Assembly (NCBI GenBank): GCA_019704295.1
Contig: AP024596.1
Coordinates: forward strand, 1,600,001-1,664,000
Origin: Sulfolobales archaeon HS-7
GTDB taxonomy: Archaea > Thermoproteota > Thermoprotei_A > Sulfolobales > Sulfolobaceae
Direction of reading: 5' to 3'
Length of the DNA stretch: 64,000 nucleotides
The notes below the pieces were generated by a model. The model did no database searches. It was not told where the DNA came from and was given only the letters and a program-made list of their open reading frames with translations. A program made the translations under genes and the position numbers. Below are positions 20,514 to 29,018 of the stretch, in pieces. The stretch's first letter is position 1; each line of letters begins with the position of its first letter.

Positions 20514-22211
20514 TTATACATTCCCTTCAGTGATTAGGTACTCGCTGGAACTGCCGAGTTCAGCTATTATTCTAACCCAGAGTTCTAAAAACTTATAATA
20601 CGAGGTCTCCTCCCTCCTTAATAGGGAGTTGTAGAGTTCGAATTTATTGCCGAGTATATCCCATGTCGGAAAGTATGGATCCCCGCTAAGAATCCTTCCA
20701 ACTATTTCCTTATATACCTCATAACCCTGTGGATCGAAGTACGATATCCTTTTTCCTATACTTACTAGCCTCTTCGCCACCTGCTCTTTAAAAAGTAACG
20801 ACATGAGAATGGCAAGAACCGTCACTATTAACTGTATACTGTCCCCCGCTAGATCTCCTGGACGCATTATTGGTACACCTGTTTGATGGGACTTAACCAA
20901 AGGATTATTCGTAGATTCCCTCGTCCTTCTCTTAAGGGGAGTTAACTCGCTGTATACGGTTTCTATACGTTCGCCTGACGCGGTACTAACGTAAGCTATA
21001 ACGGTAGGGTTTTTGGAGTTAGGGGTCAGGTAGGTTTTCATTACCTCGCTCAATCCTAAAATAGACGCATCAGGGCTACGTAGAAGGAAAGAAGTATCAA
21101 ACGCTTTGCCTTTTTTCGAAGCGTAACTTATAATTCTCCTGAAGCTTTTATTCTCAGGTATTTCAGTTCTTACCCTTTCACCTTCTAGAGTTCGCTTAAA
21201 CCTATCAAAGAGGAAGTTGTGGATGTTCGCCAGCTGTTCGCTAATATCAAAAGCGCTCATACCTCCTATTAATCCTGAATTATATGCCTCTTCTATGGGG
21301 AAATCTAACGCCGTGTTCGCGGCGTTTATCAATTTAACTCTGCTCACACCAGAATTAAGATATCTCAGGCTTAGGTCCAGAATGTCTTTCGCTATTTCGA
21401 AGCTATTTTCAGGAAGAGATGAGAAATACATCTTCAAGTATTTTTCCTTATTCTCTACATACTCTCTCTCTATTAAGGCCCACGTTAAAGTTTCCACTAG
21501 GGGCGATATAACGGCGGGATAGAAAACCGTAAGGGCGAAATGATGAAGTATTAAATCGTTAATAGTATCTATTATCCTATCGTCCGTTGTGAGGGATTCT
21601 AACGACTGCTCTACTGAAGACAAATTATCCTTTATCCATTTCGAACCGTCATTCATCAAGTTCCGAGGAATCCCAGTTCTTTTGTAAATCTCCTCACCGA
21701 TGAGGAGTTGGTCTAATTCAACTCTCCATGATACCGCCGATATTATTGCAGATAACGAGGACCCGTTGAGAATTCTCCAGTGGCAATGTTCGTGGACTAA
21801 TGTTCTGAATAGTTTAACATTCAAAGCGTTATCGACAGTACTATTTCCCTCCTCTATCGCAAAAGCAGCAGGAAGGGCCACACTATTTAGCCAGTTCCAG
21901 AATTGTTTAGCTGCCTCATCACTATCCCCTGAATTTATACCTATCTCTGAGAGAGAGGTACCCGTCTTGATAACTATCGAATTACCCGTATAGATTCCCT
22001 CGTCAGAGTCGAGTTCTATAAAGGGAATTCCACCTACGTTCTTTTCCTTAAAGGAGTGCGAAAGATTTAGAGTCGTGTTATCGTCAATTATTCCCCTTGA
22101 AATCATCTCTATGGCTTTCAGCTTTAGTGAAGGCGGAGAATTCAAGAGAACGAGACGAGTAAGGGAAGGAAAATGTCTAACGAACCTATAAAACAACGAT
22201 CCTTTACTCAC
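20514..22211 (-). CDS. Hypothetical protein with HEXXH zinc-metallopeptidase motif
   Basis: 565 aa; FRTLVHEHCHW motif. Confidence 0.7.
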   Translation of the reverse strand: MSKGSLFYRFVRHFPSLTRLVLLNSPPSLKLKAIEMISRGIIDDNTTLNLSHSFKEKNVGGIPFIELDSDEGIYTGNSIVIKTGTSLSEIGINSGDSDEAAKQFWNWLNSVALPAAFAIEEGNSTVDNALNVKLFRTLVHEHCHWRILNGSSLSAIISAVSWRVELDQLLIGEEIYKRTGIPRNLMNDGSKWIKDNLSSVEQSLESLTTDDRIIDTINDLILHHFALTVFYPAVISPLVETLTWALIEREYVENKEKYLKMYFSSLPENSFEIAKDILDLSLRYLNSGVSRVKLINAANTALDFPIEEAYNSGLIGGMSAFDISEQLANIHNFLFDRFKRTLEGERVRTEIPENKSFRRIISYASKKGKAFDTSFLLRSPDASILGLSEVMKTYLTPNSKNPTVIAYVSTASGERIETVYSELTPLKRRTRESTNNPLVKSHQTGVPIMRPGDLAGDSIQLIVTVLAILMSLLFKEQVAKRLVSIGKRISYFDPQGYEVYKEIVGRILSGDPYFPTWDILGNKFELYNSLLRREETSYYKFLELWVRIIAELGSSSEYLITEGNV

Positions 22212-22247
22212 TCGTATTTCCTCTTTACTTAAAGTATGTAATATAAC

Positions 22248-22607
22248 CTATTTATTTTTTATGATTTTTTTCTCTATCAAATCTAGGAGTTCGATCTCCT
22301 CTTCTGTTAGCTCATCTACGTGCCTTGCTAATGACGCAGTGTAAAGCTTGACTCTCTTCCTCTTATCTAAGATTATTTGGTTTACCATTTCCTTTCCTGC
22401 ATCAGTAATGGTGTAAACATCAAATTCGTCTCTCACTACTAATCCAGCGTCGACGAGACGTTGTAGCGCTTGCCATACGCTTTTTGGGTTTAGGCCCGTA
22501 CCTCTTGCAATATTAGTTGCTCTTCCCTTTTCCTGTCGAGAGAGAAAGACCAATATCTCTACATCTATCGAACTGGGATCTAAGGCGGAATTTCTCATCT
22601 TGACCAA
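22248..22607 (-). CDS. Winged-helix transcriptional regulator
   Basis: ATNIARGTGLNPKSVWQALQRLVDAGLV...YTITDAG wHTH pattern. Confidence 0.85.
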   Translation of the reverse strand: MVKMRNSALDPSSIDVEILVFLSRQEKGRATNIARGTGLNPKSVWQALQRLVDAGLVVRDEFDVYTITDAGKEMVNQIILDKRKRVKLYTASLARHVDELTEEEIELLDLIEKKIIKNK

Positions 22608-22774
22608 TTAACTATTGTAGGAGGAATTAATAAGATTTTCTATGAAACGAATCTATCTACATACAGAGAGATTTATTATGATATTACGTTAGATCTCTAG
22701 CTACATGTTACATGAACATATACTAAAATAACGCCTTATCTTCCTAGTATAATTTTATTCTTTATTTCGTCATG

Positions 22775-22804
22775 GATTCTATATATAGAAAGATTCTATA
22801 TATA
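22775..22804. promoter_or_regulatory. Direct repeat and palindrome between the divergent wHTH genes
   Basis: GATTCTATATATA at 22775 and 22792; perfect palindrome TTCTATATATAGAA at 22777-22790. Confidence 0.45.
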
Positions 22805-22848
22805 CATAAGCTTTTTAACAGTCACACAATAAGAGAGGTGAGATATAA

Positions 22849-23136
22849 ATGGCATACGGTAAGAAAAGGGATAGGTATGAGCTCATTGGAGATATATTAG
22901 AAACCATCAGACCCGGAGTAAGGAAGACTAGGTTAATGTATCAGGCTAACCTAAGTTTTGACTTAGCAAACAAGTACATAGAGGAGTTAGAGATGAAAGG
23001 TCTCATAATTAAAAGGGCAGACATGTTTTTCTTAACTGAAAGAGGAAAATTAGTTCTAGATAAGTTAAGAAAGTATAATGAGAATAAGCGAAGTATAGAT
23101 CAGATTACAGATTCTCTTGAATATGAGCTTAAGTGA
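22849..23136 (+). CDS. Sso10a/Sac10a-family winged-helix chromatin protein
   Basis: KTRLMYQANLSF...LTERG wHTH followed by a C-terminal coiled coil; 95 aa. Confidence 0.82.
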   Translation: MAYGKKRDRYELIGDILETIRPGVRKTRLMYQANLSFDLANKYIEELEMKGLIIKRADMFFLTERGKLVLDKLRKYNENKRSIDQITDSLEYELK

Positions 23137-23225
23137 AGATTCGAGTTTTCTTTACTTAAGTTATCCTTTAGATAATTCAGAAACGAATACAGTTATCTAT
23201 TAGCTCATTGACGAGAGGTAATTTA

Positions 23226-23380
23226 CGGGTCCTTCGCTAATTAAGTTTATTTAAAGAAAGAGGAAGAATTTAATTGAATGATGTTGCATCTGTAGGTAAG
23301 CATTTACGATCAATAGTTTACATTTATTATATTATCTTATTTGCAAATTACATTTTGCAAAAAACCCTGATCCACCCCTA
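23226..23380 (+). repeat. Dispersed ~160-bp intergenic repeat, copy A
   Basis: CGGGTCCTT.GC.AATT.AGTTT, GAATTTAATTGAAT and ACCCTGA are colinear with copy D. Confidence 0.7.
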
Positions 23381-23723
23381 ACGTGTTTTCATAAGATTTA
23401 TTGATATTCCTTTATACTTTAAACGACAGGGGAATTTCAGATAGCAATATGGACTAGGTTCGTCATAACTCAGCATGTGCAAATCCCTAACACTCTTCTA
23501 GATCGAGCAATGGATTCTATTGTCCCCTTTAGGTTACTCGAATTCCGTATATACTTCGGAGTAAAACCTGTTCTTAGGTAACGCTTAATATCCCTTCGCT
23601 GAACTGTTATACGGGAATAATGATGTAGGTACACTACGTTAACTCAGTATTTCTCTAAGAATTGTAAACTAATTTATAATTTCCTATATTGAAGGTATTA
23701 TCAAGGTTCATATTTAATGAATA

Positions 23724-23745
23724 GAGTATACTCAAGACTCTAGAC
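23724..23745. promoter_or_regulatory. Putative SegB binding site at the segA start
   Basis: Palindrome GAGTATACTC, then GACTCTAGAC directly before the ATG; SegB is known to bind sites upstream of segA. Confidence 0.6.
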
Positions 23746-24405
23746 ATGATAATAACAGTAATTAACCAGAAGGGGGGCGTGGGAAAAACAACTACCTCTG
23801 TTAATTTAGCATATGTTTTATCTAAAAGTAAAAAAGTTGGACTACTCGATCTCGACCCTGAGGGAGGTTCTACAATCTCCTTAGGAATAAGAAAAGCAGA
23901 ACAGGAATTGCCAATAGGAGCGAACTTCATAAACATTCACGGAATCGATCTATTCTACGCTCATGTAGGATTGCTTAATAAAGAAATGAATGGAGAAATA
24001 GATGAAGTTACAAAGGAAATAAAGAGTTCTGAGAATAACCATGATGTTCTTATCATAGATACGCCTCCAAACCTTGGAACGCTTTCCGTGTCCGCTATGT
24101 TAGTAGCAGATAAAGTGATCGCTCCAGTTACTCCTCTATTCCTTTCAATAGAAGCAGTGAAAAATCTGGGTTCTAGACTCCAGAGTCTAGAGAAGAGAGC
24201 CATAGCTTTTACCAACGCTTCTAATAAACCAATTAAAGTCGACCTACAGTCGATTTCGTTTATCGATACATATATTCCGAATTCAAAAATATTTCAAGAA
24301 GCCGTTAGGCTAGGAATACCAGCAACTAAGTATGAAGAGGTAAAGAGCAAAAAAGGTAAAATTTGGAGTTCTTATGATAAATTATCTAAATATATTATAG
24401 AATGA
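23746..24405 (+). CDS. segA: Chromosome segregation ATPase SegA (ParA family)
   Basis: Deviant Walker A KGGVGKTT, DLDPEG and IIDTPPNLG motifs; close resemblance to Sulfolobus SegA; followed by segB. Confidence 0.93.
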   Translation: MIITVINQKGGVGKTTTSVNLAYVLSKSKKVGLLDLDPEGGSTISLGIRKAEQELPIGANFINIHGIDLFYAHVGLLNKEMNGEIDEVTKEIKSSENNHDVLIIDTPPNLGTLSVSAMLVADKVIAPVTPLFLSIEAVKNLGSRLQSLEKRAIAFTNASNKPIKVDLQSISFIDTYIPNSKIFQEAVRLGIPATKYEEVKSKKGKIWSSYDKLSKYIIE

Positions 24406-24417
24406 GGCTATAAGAAA

Positions 24418-25176
24418 ATGAGTGATATATCTCTTATTTTAAACAAAAAACGAAAAAAGGAAGAGAAGGGTCTAGAGTCCACACTGAAGAGAGAGGAAGA
24501 GAAGGGTCTAGAGTCCACACTGAAGAGAGAGGAAGAGAAGGGTCTAGAGTCCACACTGAAGAGAGAGGAAGAGAAGGGTCTAGAGTCCACACTGAAGAGA
24601 GAGGAAGAGAAGGGTCTAGAGTCCACACTGAAGAGAGAGGAAGAGAAGGGTCTAGAGTCCACACTGAAGAGAGAGGAAGAGAAGGGTCTAGAGTCCACAC
24701 TGAAGAGAGAGGAAGAGAAGGGTCTAGAGTCCACACTGAAGAGAGAGGAAGAGAAGGGTCTAGAGTCCACACTGAAGAGAGAGGAAGAGAAGGGTCTAGA
24801 GTCCACACTGAAGAGAGAGGAAGAGAAGGGTCTAGAGTCCACACTGAAGAGAGAGGAAGAGAAGGGTCTAGAGTCCACACTGAAGAGAGAGGAAGAGAAG
24901 GGTCTAGAGTCCACACTGAAGAGAGAGGAAGAGACCTCTCCAAAGAGTGAGGGTTCCGAAACTTATAAAATTATGTCGACCCTCATTGGTAAGGACCCTA
25001 AGATAGGAGTATGGAGTTATCCCTCATATTTGGTACTTCAATACCTATATTCTACAAAACCTGGATTTAGAATAGGGAAAACGGCAAAGGAGGCACTTGA
25101 ACGAGGGCTCATGCAAATGTATCCAGAGCTTTTTTCAATTGCAGAGGAGGTAGTTAAAAAACACAAATTCCAATAG
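24418..25176 (+). CDS. segB: SegB centromere-binding ribbon-helix-helix protein with a 13x12-aa repeat insertion
   Basis: C-terminal KDPKIGVWSYP..LVLQYLY.T.PGF...AKEALE.GL..MYP.LF signature; directly downstream of segA. Confidence 0.9.
   Translation: MSDISLILNKKRKKEEKGLESTLKREEEKGLESTLKREEEKGLESTLKREEEKGLESTLKREEEKGLESTLKREEEKGLESTLKREEEKGLESTLKREEEKGLESTLKREEEKGLESTLKREEEKGLESTLKREEEKGLESTLKREEEKGLESTLKREEEKGLESTLKREEETSPKSEGSETYKIMSTLIGKDPKIGVWSYPSYLVLQYLYSTKPGFRIGKTAKEALERGLMQMYPELFSIAEEVVKKHKFQ
24460..24934 (+). repeat. Perfect tandem repeat, 13 x 36 bp plus a 7-bp partial unit
   Basis: Unit GAAGAGAAGGGTCTAGAGTCCACACTGAAGAGAGAG; no spacers and no variation seen. Confidence 0.97.
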
Positions 25177-25309
25177 ACGATACAATATACTGAATCAGTA
25201 TTTTCTCTATTATCTAACAACGAATGAAGTAGCTCATTTACTGAACTACAAGTTAATCCAGGCAAAAACTCTTAGCTAATCTGTAATATTTAGCTTAATT
25301 TTTGCACTT

Positions 25310-25730
25310 CAAGATAGATATTCACTAAATTTTGACATTTAATTTCTTAAAATGTTTTTCGTCAAAAGTGTAAATCTACTCGATATAATTTTTTCATTAT
25401 AACATATGCGAGAGCATCGTTAATGTTTACGTCCTTCTCATTAGCCATTTTAACGACTACAGTGTAATCTTGCACAGTGACTTCTTTAATGAGAATGTTC
25501 TTATTGTTAATCACGTTTTCAATAACCTTAATTGAGCTAGTGAGGTTAGACAAACTCTCAATTACATTAGCAATTTAAGAGATGTGAACTACAGCAGTTA
25601 GAACTCTTTCATCTCCATAATCAATTCTTGTCAATACTCCGCTTGCGTTGTCTTTGATTTTCACAATCTTTTAATTAACAGTATGTTTTGGTTTTAGTAG
25701 TGCGTAAACGAACACGTTAGAGTCTATTAC
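25310..25730 (-). pseudogene. vapC: vapC (PIN-domain toxin) pseudogene
   Basis: VIDSNVFVYALL N-terminus and VNINDALAYVIMKK, interrupted by stops/frameshifts; 3' end approximate. Confidence 0.7.
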
Positions 25731-25742
25731 CTTTACTTTGAG

Positions 25743-25940
25743 TTAATGCCAATCACTCGGCAATTCTTCAATATTAACGCTTTCAATGAGTTTTGTTAAG
25801 TTCGAAACACGTGGGTAAAGCTCGATCCTATCGTCTTTTAGAATTAAGATGAATTCGTCAGTGTTAAACTTATTCCTCCATTCTTTTGGTACAACTATCC
25901 TTCCCTGGGTGTCAACGCTCTTAATTACCTCTTTTTCTAT
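25743..25940 (-). pseudogene. vapB: AbrB-type antitoxin (vapB) pseudogene
   Basis: (I)EKEVIKSVDTQGRIVVPKEWR AbrB motif; begins at ATA rather than ATG; directly upstream of the vapC remnant. Confidence 0.7.
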
Positions 25941-26009
25941 TTTTTACCAGAAACGTTTTAATTACTAATAATTAAACTTAACTATCAGAATACTATGGGA
26001 GGAGTAACA

Positions 26010-26172
26010 GGTTGTTCACACGTGCGTTGTGAATTCGGTTTATATAGAAAAATGGAATTAATTTAATTGAACGCTATCGTATAAACTAAATAGGGATTCG
26101 CACTTAATAATTTCTTTAATTAATCCATCTTTGCCATAATTACAATACGCAACGGACCCCTGAATTATCCCC
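26010..26172 (+). repeat. Dispersed ~160-bp intergenic repeat, copy B
   Basis: GAATTCGGTTTAT, ATTTAATTGA, TAGGGATTCGCACTTAA, TTTGCCATAATT and CCTGAATT, colinear with copy C. Confidence 0.78.
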
Positions 26173-26341
26173 ACAGGTTGCTTACCATATTTATTAGCTA
26201 TAATAATAGTTGGTTAAATATCATATAGGGAAAACTATATTGGGTCTACCGGTCAGGAAGGGGTGAACTTACAGCATTTAAGTAGTCTTGAACCTACCCA
26301 TTTCGAAAAAGTTTATTAGTTAAGTTTACAATAGAAAATTA

Positions 26342-26782
26342 ATGACTATAAAAATTTTCACTATAATAGCGGTCTTTACTATAGCGCTCGCAGGAGTCTT
26401 CGCCTATAATTCTATATTAGTACACTTGGTCCCGACGTATTTTTCTAAACATGACGACCCATCAGTAAGTGTCTGTTACGTAGGAGTATATGATTATAAC
26501 GTGTTTATAGTTACGACACAGCCCTTTTCTCAAGTGAGGATCCTTAACCACACCTTCATAAGAGGAGGCCCCATTACAGTCAACCCTAGTGGAAATGCGG
26601 ACTTTATAGCAAGTATTTACAGTCCGCTACTATCTCAGAAGATAAAGGGAATGACCCAAGTCCAGGTAACTATATACTTCAACGGTACCCCAGACACCCT
26701 CCTAATGCCGGTTAAGGTATTGAGTTCACCAATCCAATCAACGGGAGAGTTTTATCCACCGACTGGCCCTATTCCGTTGTAA
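26342..26782 (+). CDS. Hypothetical secreted or membrane-anchored protein
   Basis: 146 aa; N-terminal hydrophobic segment; TATA-like TTTATTA about 25-30 bp upstream; T-run downstream. Confidence 0.65.
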   Translation: MTIKIFTIIAVFTIALAGVFAYNSILVHLVPTYFSKHDDPSVSVCYVGVYDYNVFIVTTQPFSQVRILNHTFIRGGPITVNPSGNADFIASIYSPLLSQKIKGMTQVQVTIYFNGTPDTLLMPVKVLSSPIQSTGEFYPPTGPIPL

Positions 26783-26842
26783 CAATTTTTTTCGTATCTA
26801 ACCTTCTAACATGCGCAAACCTGAATAATTTTATCTTCGTTG

Positions 26843-27005
26843 TGGGTTTAAAGAAGGTGGAAGACCCGTGAAGGTGGGGATAGATAGCCCCCCTTACATA
26901 AGTTAAAATATTTGTGATTCAGGCTTGGAGCCTACACGAGTGAAGAAACGCAAAGGGAGTAAAAGGCCTAGCTAAAGCTTAAGTGTGAGGTGTATAACGC
27001 TCTAA
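26843..27005 (+). mobile_element. Degenerate IS200/IS605 left end with tnpB 5' remnant
   Basis: GGGGATAGATAGCCCCCCTTA matches the left-end motif at 37030/60830; downstream remnant KLKCEVYNAL resembles TnpB ARVYNAL. Confidence 0.55.
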
Positions 27006-27720
27006 TCAGTGAGATTCCTAGTGCTGTTGAAGGAATTGAAAAAATTTAACTTGAGATGAGTTGAGGCAACTCCCTCAAGATCTGAGGAAGCTGGAGGAAG
27101 AGTATGAAAAACTGTACTTTCAGGTTGCCTAGAATGTTGAAGAGGGGAGGTTCTCTCATACGGTCATCTTATTCAATATGTGCCTGTAATATTATATCAC
27201 AATTATCTCTAAATTATCTCTACTATAACGCATCCCCCTTAGACAGGTCTGGTTTAAAACAGTTTCCTCTCTGAAAATGCGTAACAACTTCACGAGACAG
27301 TGTCCAGTGCACAATTAACAGAATAACTAAATAAAGTAAAAAGTTCAAAAAGACGCATGTATAGAATTAAATTCGTTTAATTGTCGGAAGGACAATAATA
27401 TAAAATCAGTTTATTAGGTATAATCGTAGGTAGCCACATATTTTGACGGATCAAGGCTAAAAATGAGATTTTCAGCCCGATAAGTTGAGCGTTTACTGAG
27501 GGTAACGTAGTATATTTTAACTTAAGGAGATAGCAAAGGAGTTTAATGTCCCGAAACCTCCTGTCCTACCGCCCTAATTGAGCACTCTAGGACGAGTTTT
27601 TCCTATACTTTTGGTTTTTGAATTAACATTTACTACGTATTGTACCCACTTACCATTTGTCAACCTCCTCTAGCGGGTTCCAGGAACTAAGAAAATAGTA
27701 TGACAGACATATTCCTACCA

Positions 27721-28299
27721 TTAAAGTTCTCCGTTAAGATAAGGATTTTGCTGTTTTTCCATACCTATCGTTGAGGGACCGCCATGACCGGGATATATCA
27801 TGGTGTTATCTGGAAGCGACTTTAACTTCCATAACGAGTGTGCCATTTTCTCAACCATTTCGCTTTCCCAAACCTTTCCTATTGTACCTGCGAATAGGGT
27901 ATCTCCAGTGAAAACGTATCCCTCTCCTAACAGGCAAATACTTCCCTTCGTATGACCTGGAGTCGAAATGACCTTAAGCTTTACTTCATTGACGGATATC
28001 TCATCACCCTCATTTAAAACTCTGGTAGGCTTAGGTATATCCTTTACGTTAATACCCAGGTTTTCAAGAGCCCATCCCCTTGATGTCTCAAACGCCTCAT
28101 AGTCGTCACTCATTAAGAACTCCTTATATCTCATATCAGTAACGCCCATAACGTGATCAAAGTGACCGTGAGTAGAGACGATAATCGTCTCCTTGTCGAA
28201 AAACAAAGGTTCTGCGGGATCAATGACTATCACTTTATCTACACCTTCGATTACATAGGTATTTGTATGTAAAGGTCCGGTGATAATTCTCTTAACCAT
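27721..28299 (-). CDS. MBL-fold metallo-hydrolase (glyoxalase II-like)
   Basis: THGHFDH, TPGHT, FTGDTLF and YPGHG motifs; start placed at MVKRII. Confidence 0.9.
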   Translation of the reverse strand: MVKRIITGPLHTNTYVIEGVDKVIVIDPAEPLFFDKETIIVSTHGHFDHVMGVTDMRYKEFLMSDDYEAFETSRGWALENLGINVKDIPKPTRVLNEGDEISVNEVKLKVISTPGHTKGSICLLGEGYVFTGDTLFAGTIGKVWESEMVEKMAHSLWKLKSLPDNTMIYPGHGGPSTIGMEKQQNPYLNGEL

Positions 28300-28304
28300 C
28301 TCAT

Positions 28305-29018
28305 TCACATCCTTTCCATTAATCGTCTTCCTATATATAGGAATATTATTGTAAATGCAACTATTCCTCCCACCCACATAAGGGATTCAAAACTTCCTGA
28401 AAAAGAGTAGTTAATCGCCTGAGAAACGTAAGTGGTTGGTTCGATAAAGGTTAGATACCTGTAAGGAATTGGTATTATGCTTGGCGGATAATAGACTGGG
28501 GCAAAAAACGAAAGGACGAAGGATATTATGCTTGAGTATTGATTAACTGCAACAGTATTTCTTAATGCAAACGCTAAATCCATTCCCATCATGGAACCCA
28601 TGAATGTCGAGGAAATGAGGGCTAACACGAGAAATAAAACAGACTTGATCACGACATGAAAGAAAATTACGCCTATTAAAATGAAGAGAGGAACTATTAT
28701 TAACGTACTAACTCCGTTACTTAAGACTACGCTTATGACGTAAATCTCCCTAGGAATTCCGGAGGCGACAATAAGGGATATCCTACCAGCTTCCCTTTCA
28801 GCAGCCAAAGTCTGAGCCACAGAAGTTATAGTTCCAATCGCTATGTAAAACGTCACCGTTCCAGAGATTATAAAGGTATAAGAGGTTGGAGCGGATATGC
28901 TTCCTAACATTAGTAAAAGGCCGATAGGGAAGAAAAACGAGAAGAATATGAAAGCGGGGAGATATGCTCTTATCGTCTTGAACTGCATTACTATTAAGCT
29001 TCCGAACTCACGAATCAT
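28305..29018 (-). CDS. ABC-2 type exporter permease
   Basis: Six-TM pattern; ERE.G and FAPVYYP motifs; coupled to the ABC ATPase. Confidence 0.88.
   Translation of the reverse strand: MIREFGSLIVMQFKTIRAYLPAFIFFSFFFPIGLLLMLGSISAPTSYTFIISGTVTFYIAIGTITSVAQTLAAEREAGRISLIVASGIPREIYVISVVLSNGVSTLIIVPLFILIGVIFFHVVIKSVLFLVLALISSTFMGSMMGMDLAFALRNTVAVNQYSSIISFVLSFFAPVYYPPSIIPIPYRYLTFIEPTTYVSQAINYSFSGSFESLMWVGGIVAFTIIFLYIGRRLMERM

Noticed and set aside
24460-24934. Possible CRISPR array
   Set aside because: Units are contiguous and identical with no spacers, are in frame within segB, and no cas genes are nearby
24408-24943. Two minus-strand repeat ORFs (168 and 169 aa)
   Set aside because: Shadows of the stop-free 36-bp repeat; the + frame has the SegB signature
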